Shown here: piece by piece, positions 14,281 through 26,160 of the stretch
Layout of the letters: the number at the start of each line of letters is the position of its first letter
How positions within the stretch are numbered: the stretch's first letter is position 1
Source of the DNA: Octopus vulgaris
Lineage: Eukaryota
Reading direction: 5' to 3'
Assembly: GCA_951406725.2 (NCBI GenBank)
Contig: OX597820.1
Location: 105,648,001 to 105,712,000, forward strand
Length of the DNA: 64,000 nucleotides
The notes under the pieces: generated by a model
Seen by the model: the letters and a program-made list of their open reading frames with translations, nothing else
The model's database searches: none
Told to the model about the DNA's origin: nothing
Position numbers and translations under genes: made by a program

Positions 14281-14775
14281 ATATCACTTCGCGAAGAAAG
14301 AGCACCGTATGTTGAACATCTCAGAGCCAAGTTGTAGCTTTTATATCTTTTACTTGAGGTCTCAATAAGATTTACTTTCCGTTCACAATCGATCACTCAA
14401 TCACATTTATCAGTAGTAATCAATGGGTAGTGAACCTATTGGAACTTTATTAGTTAAGTTTAAGTAGTGTAGAATTAAAATATGTTTGCCTAGAAGCAGC
14501 AGAAACTTCTGCTGCTGAATAGTATCTGGTTGAACTGATAAGGTGAGCGAAAAGTCGATTATTTATGTTCTATCTTTGGCGTTCTGCAATTTCCACAATG
14601 AAGACACTTAACTCGCAATACACCAGCTCCCATTCCCACGCAAACTAGCGAGATTCACGTCACCGTCGTAAACGGCAGGATTTGTGAATATTTGCTGTTT
14701 CTCCAGCCTGCACTTCCAACCTTGAAATCGAGCCATTAATATAGCTTGGAAATGAAGCGGGATTTGCTAGCGATA

Positions 14776-15143
14776 TCTCTTCTCTCTATATATAAACGGC
14801 AGTTTGTCTGTCTGTGTGTCTGTTAGGTTGTACCCTCACCCTGACCACTGCTTTCAACCGATTCTAATGAAACTTGACACACACATAGCCCAATGTCATA
14901 ATTCAAAACTAACGCAGCGAAAATTTTGAAAAGTTCCCCCAGTTCTGAAAAAAATCGATAAATTCGACATGGGGTCGAGAATCACAGACTGTCTAGGGGA
15001 CGCAACTCGACCTTTTTAACTCTCAAAAAAATTTACCATAATTTTTTTTCCCATTTTTTTGCTATTTTTTGGCTATAACTCTCTAAAAATGCTTTATAGT
15101 TATTTCCCTTACAAACCCGAGCAACGCCGGGCGATACTGCTAG
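14776..15143 (+). mobile_element. Non-autonomous Helitron
   Basis: 5' TC...TATATAAA, 3' hairpin plus CTAG|T. The last ~60 bp are near-identical to 4560-4622. Confidence 0.85.
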
Positions 15144-16137
15144 TACCAAATAGAAACGAGTCTTCAGTTGGAGTCCAAAACCCCAAATAAATAAAATAAG
15201 AAAAATAAAACTATAAAAGAAGTAAAACTAATTCAATCAAAACAAATACGTAATTAGCGGAGTTTGGAATTATGGGAACTTCATGATTTTCTTTGGTGAA
15301 ATACATTTAAACAAGAATACCTCAAATAATTTTGTTGTTGTTTAGACAAAGATGGCTTTTTATCACGCAAATCTATGGTCAAAGGGCGTTCTAGCCATGA
15401 CCGTCTGACATTTTGTATATAAAGTATTACATAATATAAAATGTTCCGTTAAAAAAAAACTGTTGGGTGAAATCTTACAGAGTTTTGGTTGCTATTTTCT
15501 GCTGGTCGAGGAACCATGCAGAGGCAAATTTGTTGATTTGTATTAACTAATTGTAAAAAGAAATAGGTAAATCATCAAGTAATCTGAAGAAATGCAGTAA
15601 TTTTCATTAAGTTGATAATGATACTTCGGAGAAGGTATCCCATATGTCAAATGAAATATCAGCTGTTTTATCTGTGTTCGGCAATTTAATAGTAATCCTT
15701 GGAAGAAAGTATTAATGTGCGGCGTCACGAGCACATAGAAAGAAAGAAAGAAAGAAAAAAATGAAAATGTTTCCCAGAAATTGTCGAACACAGATAAAAT
15801 AGCTAATATTTCATTTGACACATGGGATACTTTCTCTGAAGGATTGTCAAAAGAAAGAAATACATAACGTATTTTCGCCCTACACTGTAACACATCCAGA
15901 CACCTTTATCAGACGAGAGGATCCCGTTCTGCTAAGAGCGGTATATCACATATTGTGCTAATATAATCAGTAGTATATTTTCGTTTCTCTTTGTCCGCTT
16001 CCCATAAAACGTACACAAAAGGCACTTATATGAAATTCGTGGAAATAGGCCACTTAATTCAATACTGAATAAATTGTCTATAGCTACATTATATTTCTAT
16101 TTACATTTTATTATTTATTTAAAAAAAAAAAATCAAA

Positions 16138-16550
16138 GTCGCTGAGCTGGCAGAAACGTTAGCACGCCGGGCGAAATGTGTAGCCGTATTTCGTCTGCCG
16201 TTACGTTCTGAGTTCAAATTCCGCCGAGGCCGACTTTGCCTTTCATCCTTTCGGGGTCGATTAAATAAGTACCAGTTACGCACTGGGGTCGATATAATCG
16301 ACTTAATCCGTTTGTCTGTCCTTGTTTGTCCTCTCTGTGTTTAGCCCCTTGTGGGTAGTAAAGAAATAGGTATTTCGCCCGTCTTAACATTCTGAGTTCA
16401 AATTCCGCCGAGGTCAACTTTGCCTTTCATCCTTTCGGGGTCGATAATTTAAGTAGCACTCAAGTACTGGAGTTGATGTGATAGACTTACATCCCCACCC
16501 GCGCACACACTGCTAATTTCAGGCCTTGTACCTATAGTAGAAAAGATTAT
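16138..16550 (+). mobile_element. Family A SINE with tandem second partial copy
   Basis: Full copy 16138-16368, followed by a second B-box and core at 16369-16550. Confidence 0.88.
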
Positions 16551-16749
16551 TTATAAATTGAAGAAGAGCAGGTAATTTATTCAATAAATTTCTTTTCATA
16601 CAGCTTACTGTAAGAAATGAAGTATAAAAGTATATTTATCCAATGGATTTTACACAGGTTCACACCAGTGTTAAATATACTTTTCAGTCATACGGTTCTC
16701 AAAATCATTAAAGACGTGTGCGAATCAGAATATTTTCCCTAATTATATT

Positions 16750-16972
16750 CCTATATTGGTTTCAAATGTTGGCACAAAGTCAGTATAATCAGGCTCGGGG
16801 GTAAGTCGATTGCATCGTATCCAGTGGTCAACTGGTACTTATTTTATCGACCCCGAAAGGATGAAAGGCGAAGTCGACCGCGGCGAAATTTGAACTCAGA
16901 ACGTAAAGAAAGACGAAATGCCGCTAAGCATTTGGCTTGGGGTGTTAACGATTCAACCAACACGCCACCTTA
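16750..16972 (-). mobile_element. Family A SINE (inverted relative to 16138-16550)
   Basis: TTATCGACCCCGAAAGGATGAAAGGC core and reversed head. Confidence 0.85.
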
Positions 16973-17206
16973 TTATATTGCTATATCAAATTATTATGGG
17001 CAAGCAAAAACAGATTGAATCAAAACAATGATGAGTATATTCATTCTTAACATGTTCCGGCACACTTGGATGTAAATGTTCTATTTGCTGTTGGATTTTA
17101 TCTTCGGAGAACATCTTCCTTTAGATGATGTGTGTGTCGACAACACACACGCTTCAGTGCCAAAGTAGATTCTGAGTCGCAGGTGTTTCGGCATGATTGT
17201 GTCTCT

Positions 17207-17237
17207 TCAGCTAGACACATCACCCGGAACTCTGAAA
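17207..17237 (-). CDS. Putative terminal coding exon (short cytoplasmic tail RFRVPGDVSS*) of the mucin-like membrane protein
   Basis: Acceptor ttcttatttcag, with an in-frame tandem acceptor 6 nt later. Its phase 2 matches the CG|GTAAGT donor at 18064. Confidence 0.55.
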
Positions 17238-17367
17238 CTGAAATAAGAATGATCATTCTTATTTATAAGATTCAGCAAACTATTTGCTGATGCGTGCCAA
17301 GGTTGCCAAGCTGATACTAAATTATTTTTAGCACAGAAAACAGCAATAATCAAAACGGTGATATGTA

Positions 17368-17891
17368 CCGTAAATCCTCGAGTATAGTCCGACCTTGAAT
17401 ATAATACGCAGGGGATTTTTAGGGGGGCTGTAACTCTGAAAAAGCTAAACCTTGTGTATAATACGCACCCCTTCTCTAACTTGAGTCGTGCGTAATTAAG
17501 CCAGCAGCACCTAGTCGAACAAACACTTCCGCGCATGCGTAATACAATAATGGTGATGTTCTTAACTGTTATATGAAAATGTAAATATGTTTGCAAATTG
17601 TTTTTGTTACATGTTATTCTGTGTTTCGAATACTTTTATTTTAATAAGTGTTGCTTACTGCAAGTTATGGATGATTCTTTTATGACTTCATTGCTTTCAG
17701 GCTTAGCTTAAGGTATTTTCGTGCCCGACATCACAAAATGCGCCTGAATAAACATTACCGGACAGCAAATAGAGACTCGGACATTGCTTAGAAAATAGTT
17801 TTCATTTTTAACCTTGTATATAGTACGCACTAGGGATTTTGACCTTTAAAAATTGGGGGGGGGGATGCGGATTATACTCGAGGATGTACGG
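17368..17891. mobile_element. Tigger/pogo-like MITE in intron
   Basis: TA|CCGTAAATCCTCGAGTATA...TATACTCGAGGATGTACGG|TA. Confidence 0.85.
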
Positions 17892-18063
17892 TATATCATT
17901 TTCATAACACATTGCTGCTGACCTGGACGTGAACTTGCAATTTTGTTCTATTTCTGTAGATAAAAATATATTTATGGAATTTTAAAAAATATTATTAGTT
18001 TAAAGCAAGTCATCAAGTGTCCTTAATTCTGACCTCCACTTATGTTAAAAATGATCAACTTAC

Positions 18064-18976
18064 CGTTTATAAAAGAAATATGTTAAACCCAAAATGCTAA
18101 GGACAAAAAGCGGGACACATATTCCAGTGGCCACTTGTTCTTCTGTTGTTAGTCTTTGCGATTCTTTACTCGTAGCTCCTGTGGTATTTATATCTAGAAT
18201 CGACTGCTCTGTAGAAATGTTCCATGTTGTAGTTGTTACAGCTGTTTTTGTAGTATTAGCTGGGCTTGTAGATAAAACTGGTACATGGAATGATGATCGA
18301 ATTTCTGGTGTTTTAGAAGTGGTACTACCAAGTGAAACCAAAGATGAACGTAAGCTTGCAGCCGACGTTGAAACCAAAGTCGAAGTCGAAGTCAAAAGTG
18401 ATGACAGTACCGATGTACTCTCCTTCTCAAACGATGTCTTAGTATTGTTTAATAACTGAAGAGAGCTACGACCATGAGTTACCTTAGATATGATTGTATT
18501 GGTAAAAGAAGCCATCGGATGTTTAAGTTTCGTTGTATGGGAAACCATAGTAGTGCTGCTTTTGGATTGTGGCGTTTCACTTAAAACTGCATTAGTTGTA
18601 GAAAATTTCGAAGGAAACGGTGTTGTAGAATAAAAGTTTGAGGTAGTTTTGTGCTGTGACCTAGTCGAACTATTCCATAATACTGTCTGGTTTCCTACAG
18701 TTGGACGTAAAGATGGACCCAATGATTTTATTGCAGGAGGCTGGCTCGTTAAATATATTGGAGAGGATCCATCAGTAACGGTCGAATGTACAACGTGAGG
18801 AAGTGCAGGTTTCGATGATGCTGTATTAGTAGTAGTAGTAGTAGTTGTTGTTGTTGCTGTTACTGCTGCTGTTGATACTGCTACTGTTATTGTTGTTGCT
18901 GTTATTGCTGGTGGTGTTGGTGTTGTTGCTGATGATAATGATGACAATATCTTTGGCAATGTGCTTCTCTCAGTTT
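18064..18976 (-). CDS. Coding exon: Ser/Thr/Pro-rich mucin-like stalk plus single TM helix (type I membrane glycoprotein)
   Basis: About 304 open codons of non-repetitive S/T-rich sequence with N-x-S/T sites, ending VATGICVPLFVLSILGLTYFFYKR. Acceptor gtcttttcag at 18977 and donor GTAAGT at 18063 (phase 1 to phase 2). Confidence 0.8.
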
Positions 18977-19016
18977 CTGAAAAGACAGATAATATATATA
19001 TATATATATATATATA

Positions 19017-20012
19017 GTTGAAATTTACAGAAAAACAAAAAACGAAAGCAGGTGTATAAACAACAAAAAAGTGTATTAGTTTGACGCTCAGGAAGGTGAG
19101 AAAGTCTCTTACGTTTCAAGCCAACGCTCTTCAACAGAAAGGAACACGAGGAAATAAACAGAGAGAAAATATAAAAACTTTTGGAGTTAGTGGTCAGTCA
19201 TGGCCACTGGTTGGACAAAGGTAGTTAGCGAGGAGAGCTAGGAAGAAGGGGAGATAATAAAGTACTGGTGATCCCAAAACGAAGGTGCGTGTGTATATGT
19301 GAGAGTGCGTGTGTGCATGCGGATAGGGGCTGATGACTTTGACGTGTGGATGTGTGCGTCTGTAAGTGTGTACGTCTGTGAAGTGTGGGTGTGTGGATGA
19401 TGGTGTGGGTGCTGGGAAGTGGTCAGTGCTAGTGTGTGCGGGTGGTGTGATGTGGTGTGGTGGTGTGTGGTGTGGTGGTGTGTGGTGTGGTGTGGTGGTG
19501 TTGGGATGTGGGGATATGAGGTGTAGGTTTGGGATGAGGATGTGATGGTGAGGATAAGTGGTGGGGTAAGGATGAAGGGTAGGGGTAGGGTGGATGGATG
19601 GATGTTAATGAAGGGGGAAGGTGAGTAGGAGTGAAAAGAGGAAGCAGGCGTCAGTGCAAGAGAGGAGTGGAGAGGTGGGTTGGAGTGAAGAGAGGAAGTA
19701 GGTGTCAGATGAAGAGAGGAAAGGAGGGGAGCCAGATGAAAAGGGAAGGGAGGTGATGCCATATGCCGCAAAGGAGCGAAGACAGAAGATTATTCCTGTT
19801 CACGGCGAAAGCAGAAATCCAGATGGCCCCTGTGAAAAAAAGACAATCCTAATACAGAGAGGTGTAGTAATGATTGACCGGAAGAGCGGAAATTGAGTAA
19901 GACCGGGGTGTCATTGCCGAGTCTGATGTCTCGGAGGTGCTCCGTGAACCGTCTCATTTGACCGATGTACAGAGAAAGGCAGAAAGAGCAGGAGATGCAG
20001 TAAATGACGTTG

Positions 20013-20013
<1 letters not shown>
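19017..20013 (-). mobile_element. Penelope-like element 3' fragment (GIY-YIG remnant plus pLTR)
   Basis: SNVIYCISCSFCLSLYIGQ..RRFTEH motif. Degenerate hammerhead CTGTTGAAGAGCGTTGGCTTGAAACG at 19111-19137 (-). (TA)n on both sides. Confidence 0.85.
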
Positions 20014-20086
<73 letters not shown>

Positions 20087-20234
20087 AAAAAGAAGTTTGA
20101 AAACGCCACTATATAAGATAAATTTTAATTTTCTTAGAAATTTTACATGTTTCATTTCTTCTTGAAAAAACGAACCTTATCAAAAATATTTTAAAAAGTT
20201 AAGTGTAATAAAAAAGTTCATAATTGTTTCTTAC

Positions 20235-20295
20235 TGGTCTCAACAGAATCCACGTGGTTGTTTTTAGCTGTCTTATGTGTCCGAATGGTCAGTGG
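20235..20295 (-). CDS. Candidate small exon upstream of the mucin exon
   Basis: ccatttcag acceptor, open frame PLTIRTHKTAKNNHVDSVET, and A|GTAAGA phase-1 donor compatible with the 18976 acceptor. Confidence 0.3.
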
Positions 20296-20434
20296 CTGAA
20301 ATGGTAGTAGCAGCAGTGACTGTTGGTCGTAGTAGTAGTAACTGTGGGGGTGGTGGTGATTGGGGTTATATTGGTAAAAATGGTAAGGTAACAAAAGAAT
20401 GAAAGGACTTCGATATTATGTAAATAGATGAATT

Positions 20435-20563
20435 TATCTGTAAATGTAATATGTGACAATTATTCGGTAGCCATGATAAAACTCCGGTGTGGATTTCCAC
20501 CTCGCCATCCGAAACTCGGAGTTTTATCATGGCTATTGAATAGTTGTCACATATTACATTTAC

Positions 20564-20568
<5 letters not shown>
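20435..20568. repeat. 52-bp-arm hairpin (MITE-like) next to (TA)n
   Basis: Arms 20435-20486 and 20517-20568, 3 mismatches, 30-nt loop. Confidence 0.85.
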
Positions 20569-20650
<82 letters not shown>

Positions 20651-20705
20651 ATATATATATATATATATTCTTAAGAAAAAATATATTTTCATATAAATTA
20701 AACAT

Positions 20706-20742
20706 TGTATCATGAATAGCGATTGCGAAACCGGTCGATACA
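20706..20742 (+). ncRNA. Degenerate minimal type I hammerhead ribozyme in a Penelope-like fragment
   Basis: TGTATC-ATGA-ATAGCGATTGC-GAAACCGGTC-GATACA: perfect stem I and palindromic stem III, with CUG of the core missing. Confidence 0.55.
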
Positions 20743-20800
20743 TTAAAAATTATACTATAACCATGTAAGTGTGCGTATTTTCCGTTTTTATTTTACTTTT

Positions 20801-20846
<46 letters not shown>

Positions 20847-20989
20847 TAGATAGATATATACACATACATACATACAGAGAGAGAGAGAGATTCATACATA
20901 CATGCATACATACATTCACACATATACACATACACATACATACATACATACATACATACATACATACATACATACATACATAGACATGT

Positions 20990-21525
20990 ATATATGGAAT
21001 TTTTTTTAATAATATTACTTTAAAGCAAGTCATCGAGTGTCCATAATTCTGACCTCCACTTATATTAAAAGTGATCAACTTACTGTTTGTAAAAGAAATA
21101 TCTTAGTTCCTTCTCGTGCCATCTCTGGCTCATTAGGGCCGGTTTCCCGGTTTCTTTGGCATATAGGTTCCCCACCTGGACGAGACGTCGGTCCGTCGCA
21201 GATGAGCTGCAAGATGTCGGAGAAAAGAGTGAGAGAAAGTTTTGGAGAAAAAATTAGCAGAAGTTCGCCATAACCTTCTGCCAGAGCCGCGTGCAGCTTA
21301 GGTGTTTTGCTCATAAACACACACATCGCCCAGTCTGAGATTCGAACCCGCGATCCCTCTGCTCTAACCACTAGGCCATGTGCCTCCACGTAAAAGAAAT
21401 CTCTTAAACCCAAAATGCTAACGACAAAAAGTTGGGCACATATTCCAGTGGTCACTTGTTCTTCTGCTGTTAGTTTTTGTGTTTCTTTACTCGTGGCACC
21501 TTGAGCAGGTGTATTCTACTATAAC
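20990..21525 (-). pseudogene. Decayed duplicate of the TM exon and downstream intron of the mucin-like gene
   Basis: GATSKETQKLTAEEQVTTGICAQLFVVSILGLRDFFY vs GATSKESQRLTTEEQVATGICVPLFVLSILGLTYFFY. Donor GTAAGT and ~90 bp of intron are conserved. Split by a SINE. Confidence 0.8.
21106..21389 (-). mobile_element. tRNA-derived SINE (family C) with 17-bp TSD
   Basis: Head GTGGAGGCACATGGCCTAGTGG...GGGTTCGAATCTC. TSD GTAAAAGAAAT(A/C)TCTTA at 21089-21105 and 21390-21406. Confidence 0.88.
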
Positions 21526-21556
21526 CTCGAGCTGTCGCATACATACATACATACAT

Positions 21557-21593
<37 letters not shown>

Positions 21594-21704
21594 TACATAC
21601 ATACATATATGCATACATGCACTCACACGCACATACGCACACACGCATGCATGCACATACATACATGCATGCATACATACATATATATATGCATACATAT
21701 ATGC

Positions 21705-22190
21705 AGCACCAAGATCACCAAGATGAGGAGAAGCATGGAGGATAGGTTGGAGGAGGCCATGAGGCATCAGTCTGAGGAAGTGAGCAGCAATATTGGAGGA
21801 AGCAACAACGAAGAGGTAGAGGACAACTTCTTCAGGTGGTGTTACCCAACAAAAAAGAACGGGAGCCACAGGTCAATGAAGGACAAGGCCCAGAATTTAG
21901 TAAAGATCTCGTTGGAGACCTACTCCAAAGATATATAGACAGATGCTACCTTCTTGAGAGAACAAGTATAGGTGGACTTGTTCATCAAGTTCAACACAGC
22001 CATCCCTTCCAGTGCTGCAAGTGAACATTTATTTTCCATGGGCAAGGACATCTTGAGTGCCAAGAGTTCGTCCTTGTTTGATGAAAATTTTAATATGTTA
22101 ATTTTCATGAAGAGCATAAATCTCATCAACAAAATAGAGGAGAAGAAGAGGAAAGATTAAATTATGTATATATCATGGTATCTTTTTTCT
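21705..22190 (+). mobile_element. hAT transposase C-terminal fragment
   Basis: NTAIPSSAASEHLFSMGKDIL matches the hAT dimerization motif (S-x-x-ER-x-FS). Confidence 0.75.
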
Positions 22191-22799
22191 CATAAATAAC
22201 AGTGACAGATTCATATGACACCGCAAATAATTGTTGTTGACAAAGATCCGGAGAAATTGTATTCACCTCAATAGACGTCATTGATTGGTTGAAATTGCCG
22301 AATGCAAGAAATTAAACAACAAATATCTTACAAACTACAGAATTTTCTCAAGAAAGCCAAGAGAAAAAGATGTTTTAGAAACACATTCTACCAGTATACG
22401 AAGTTTAAAAGTGTTTAGTTACATAGAAATTATTTTTAAAATCTGCCGGTCAAAGTGAAAAGATCTCATAAGTTAAATGATTGCACAAGTTAAAATGAAG
22501 TAAGTAAAAAAGGAAAACTGACTGAAAGCATTTTTCTATTGTTCTTACTTGTGTTTCTATAATTCCTTTCACATATAGCAGGCTTTATAGGAATATATCA
22601 CATATTGAAATATCTTTCTCGCATAGACTTTATGTCAGACTTTCAAAGAAGAGTAAAATAAGATTGTTGAAGTTCGAACATTAAAGTCATTGTCACATTA
22701 GCAGAAATAAACAAAACATTTAATTATTTCATCAGAATTTCCCTAGTTTCTTTTCATAAATTAATAAATGCTATTACTTAAACTTATATTATTACACTG

Positions 22800-23120
22800 T
22801 GTAACACGATTTTTGCTTGTGGCTAGCAACTGTTATTTCGTATTTGCTTACCCCTAAAGAGTATGAAAAATGGCTAATATTTCCTTCAAACTTTGCTTTT
22901 GTTACATTTATTCAAACCCAAAGAATCCTCCTTGACACGTGACTATGATGCTCTCCAACTACTCCTACGCATGATTAGAGATGCACATATTGTCAGCTAA
23001 GAAGGGACATGCTCAAGTGGTTAAGGTCAAGCAACTGAAAAGCAAATCTGTGCTGTTGAGCAGAATATTTGCTATAAAGATATTCTGCTTTAGCAACTCC
23101 ACGCTGAATCTGTCTGAGGT
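22800..23120. repeat. Non-coding repeat (family D variant)
   Basis: Shares a ~170-bp core with 23238-23795. A second copy is inverted at 59660-59698 plus 61569-61800. Confidence 0.7.
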
Positions 23121-23237
23121 ATCATGGTCACAAACGCAAAGTTTGAAGGAAATAGTTGTAATGTCCTTTGATTTCTAAATAGAATCAAATAGGAAATACC
23201 ACTTACTGACCAAAAAAAACAAAAACATTTAATTATT

Positions 23238-23794
23238 ACTAAGTGAGAGAGCAGCGCATGCGATCAATGTGACACTGGGGAACAAATATCCAAAACTCAA
23301 TATACTCTTCATGACTACCCATCTGATAAGGGTACGCAGGCACATGTATCACAACCATATGTACGCGACACAATGACCCCATATCAAGATAAACAGTGCA
23401 TGACCTTGGAGATAGGGCCCAATTAAAATTTTCTCCAGGTTGAGTAGCCCATCCCACTCAAAAAGTCCCTGAATAAAGGTTATTTAAGGATGATGAACAA
23501 AACACCCTTGTTTCCAAAGGTGAATTATTCAAAACCCAAAGAATTCCTCTCAACACATGGCTACAATGCTCCCCCACTACTTCTGCTCACGATCAGAGAT
23601 GCACTAATAGTCAGCTACTAAGGGACATGCTCAACTAGTTAAGGTCAAGCAACTGACAAGCAAATCTGTGGTATTGCGCAGAATATTTGCTGTAACACAT
23701 CTTTTATACAAAGACAAAACATGTACGAGATAACACTTCCACTCAGTTAAGATGTGAAGATAAGAGAGCCAGTGCCTGGTACTGCATCAGGGCA

Positions 23795-23887
<93 letters not shown>

Positions 23888-24215
23888 GAGTAAGAGAGCA
23901 GTGCAAGCCATCAAAGTGACACTGGAGTAAGATATATGAAGCACAGTATACCCATCATGACTACCTGTCTGATAAGGGTACACCAGGCACATGCATCGCA
24001 ACCATATGTGTGTGACAGTGATCTCATATTAAGATAAAACAGTGCATGACCTTGCAGGTCGAGCCCAGCTAGAATTTTCTTCAGGTCGAGTAGCCCATCC
24101 CACTCAAAAGGTTCCTGAATGGGGGTTGTTTGAGGATGTTGAACAAAACACCCTCATTTACCAAAAATGAATTATCAAAACTGTAAGGAATTCCTCTCAA
24201 CACATGGCTATGACT
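23238..24215. mobile_element. Two tandem copies of a ~0.5-kb non-coding element (family D) in a (TTA)n array
   Basis: Copies 23238-23795 (complete) and 23886-24215 (truncated), homologous to 56112-56625 and separated by (TTA)n. Confidence 0.8.
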
Positions 24216-24219
24216 GAGC

Positions 24220-26160
24220 CCTTGCATAACAACTCCAAGCCTAATCCTTACATTCAGCGGTCGCTCACTGCAGTGAGGACATCACTCTCTTATTTATTTT
24301 GGAAGAAGGATAGTAAAAGTGACAATACTAAGGGTCCCATCTGAACCAGATCTGTGGCAGATCCTGGCATGCGTAGTGTTGGAAGAAAGTAATGCTCTCC
24401 TAGAATGAAGTGAATGAAACAGGAAAACTGGTTTAGTATCACACTGGAGGTCCATCTTTATGTAAAACCCAAACAGCTGTAAAGGATTTCAGACCTTATT
24501 TCCCTGCCAAATGGTGGAAGAATTGTGAGAAATTCTGGAGGATAGACAACCAAGATGCCAAATCTGTAGAACAATTGACCACTCCTGAGCGTCTGTCCAC
24601 ACAACCAAAACAAGAAAGGGGAAAGGAAAGCTACACTGTTGCCGGTACCATCACTGCTACAAGATGGAGGAAGAGGAGAGAAGGAGGAGGAGGAGGATGG
24701 AGGTGGTGGGAAGAAGAAGAAGAAGAAGAAGAAGAAGAAGAACAACAACAACAACAACAACAACAGTAGAAGCAACATTAGTAGCAAAAAGAAACGGCGG
24801 CTAAAATAACTACATCTGGGCCAGCAGCCACTACAACACCTACAACCGTAGTAGAAAATGTTGAAACAGTAATAGCAGTTGTGCCGTCAGCAAATCTGTA
24901 AGCAGTAGTAACTGAGGTGACAGAAAATAATGACTTTAAAAAATGAATTGCCATTCAAGGGGAATTCCAAACTTGCACCACTTTTTGCTCTGCTCCTTTT
25001 CCTCTTCCTTCTCCTTCTCCGACTTGCATGAACATGGACATAAACACACAAGAAAACACACTGCTGTCCTCGTCAGAGGCAGAGTCTCCTGACTATGTCA
25101 CTGGTATGTAGTGTATGCGCGATTTGAATATAGAGGCACCTACCTTCTCTTCTTAGTGATGGAGACCCTCCAGTGGTGACTAGTCCTTCCACACAGCCCC
25201 GACCCGAACACTAACGATAGCAGCTGCTAGCCCAAACCCTTAGCGACGTGCTCACACGTCTTGTCACCTGCACGACCCACGTTGGAGAGGCCCAATTCAC
25301 CGCTCCCTGCGCACGCCTGACGGCTGACCCCTTCCGGTTGCCCCAGCTTCCGGTCAACGTACCCGGTTGCTGACGTCCAGCTGCTGACGTAATCCCACAG
25401 TATTGAGGAGGGTTGGCCAAGAAAACAAGAAAGGAACGAAACACAGAACAACATTAACTCCACATCAATCCCAAACAACATTAAATCTACATGTACACCA
25501 TCAATACCACCAATACAATAAAAACAAAAAAATGAAAATACACAAATGAAACAATGAACACAGATGTGAAAAACCAGCAGTCAAGCACACAAATTCAACA
25601 ACTACCAAAAAAATATCAACACTGCCTAATCACACAACTCTACCACAATAGCACAAATTGCATCCACATCCAACTCTGTGTTAGTATGGGAAAAAAAATA
25701 AAGAATCACTCTCTTACATAGTACAAAAAGGAAACCCAGAGACAGAGCAGGATGTTTTTTAGTAAAAGTACACCTAAAGTCCTAGATGAACTGAAACTGG
25801 CAAGACTACCAATGGAGAGATACCAGGAAACGGGAGAATTTCCCATACAACATTCAGAGGTCAAGCATCAGGGACTCAAATAGGCTACTTCAGAGTTTTC
25901 CCAAGGAACTCCATGCAGAGAAGGGGTTTTGATACACCCAACTGCCTACAGGAAAACCATTAAGGAAGAGTGTCTTATTTCATCTTTCCTTCTTTCCTAC
26001 CAATATAGTAGCCTTAAGAAAGTGTAGCATAAATACACGTGGCCTGGGGTCATCATGGAAGCAGGGGTGCCTGCTCAATGACATCAGGTAGCTAGCTATG
26101 GATGTAGTAGCCATCAACGAGATCAGGATTTCCAACATGGGCTATGACTTTGTGACCTAC
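24220..26160 (+). mobile_element. Decayed Tx1/L1-like LINE 5' part (ORF1 remnant plus start of APE endonuclease)
   Basis: ORF1-like DLISLPNG...PRCQIC remnant at ~24490-24580. APE N-terminus SINTRGLG...DVVAINEIR at 26025-26130. Confidence 0.5.
25107..25491. mobile_element. Candidate solo LTR, CpG-rich
   Basis: TGTAG...CTACA termini, flanks GGTA/TGTA (imperfect TSD), and an abrupt GC/CpG-rich composition. Confidence 0.35.

Noticed and set aside
14495-14516. Perfect 10-bp hairpin AGCAGCAGAA-AC-TTCTGCTGCT
   Set aside because: Too short and low in complexity, and intrinsic terminators are not relevant in this eukaryotic context.
15543-15893. 116-aa minus-strand ORF
   Set aside because: No domain, includes a simple repeat, and has no clear splice signals.
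19238-19771. 177-aa His/Pro/Thr-rich ORF
   Set aside because: Low-complexity 3' region of the Penelope fragment.
24575-24935. Poly-E/Q and Thr-rich frames resembling a host exon
   Set aside because: Trinucleotide repeats within the decayed Tx1-like ORF1 region.
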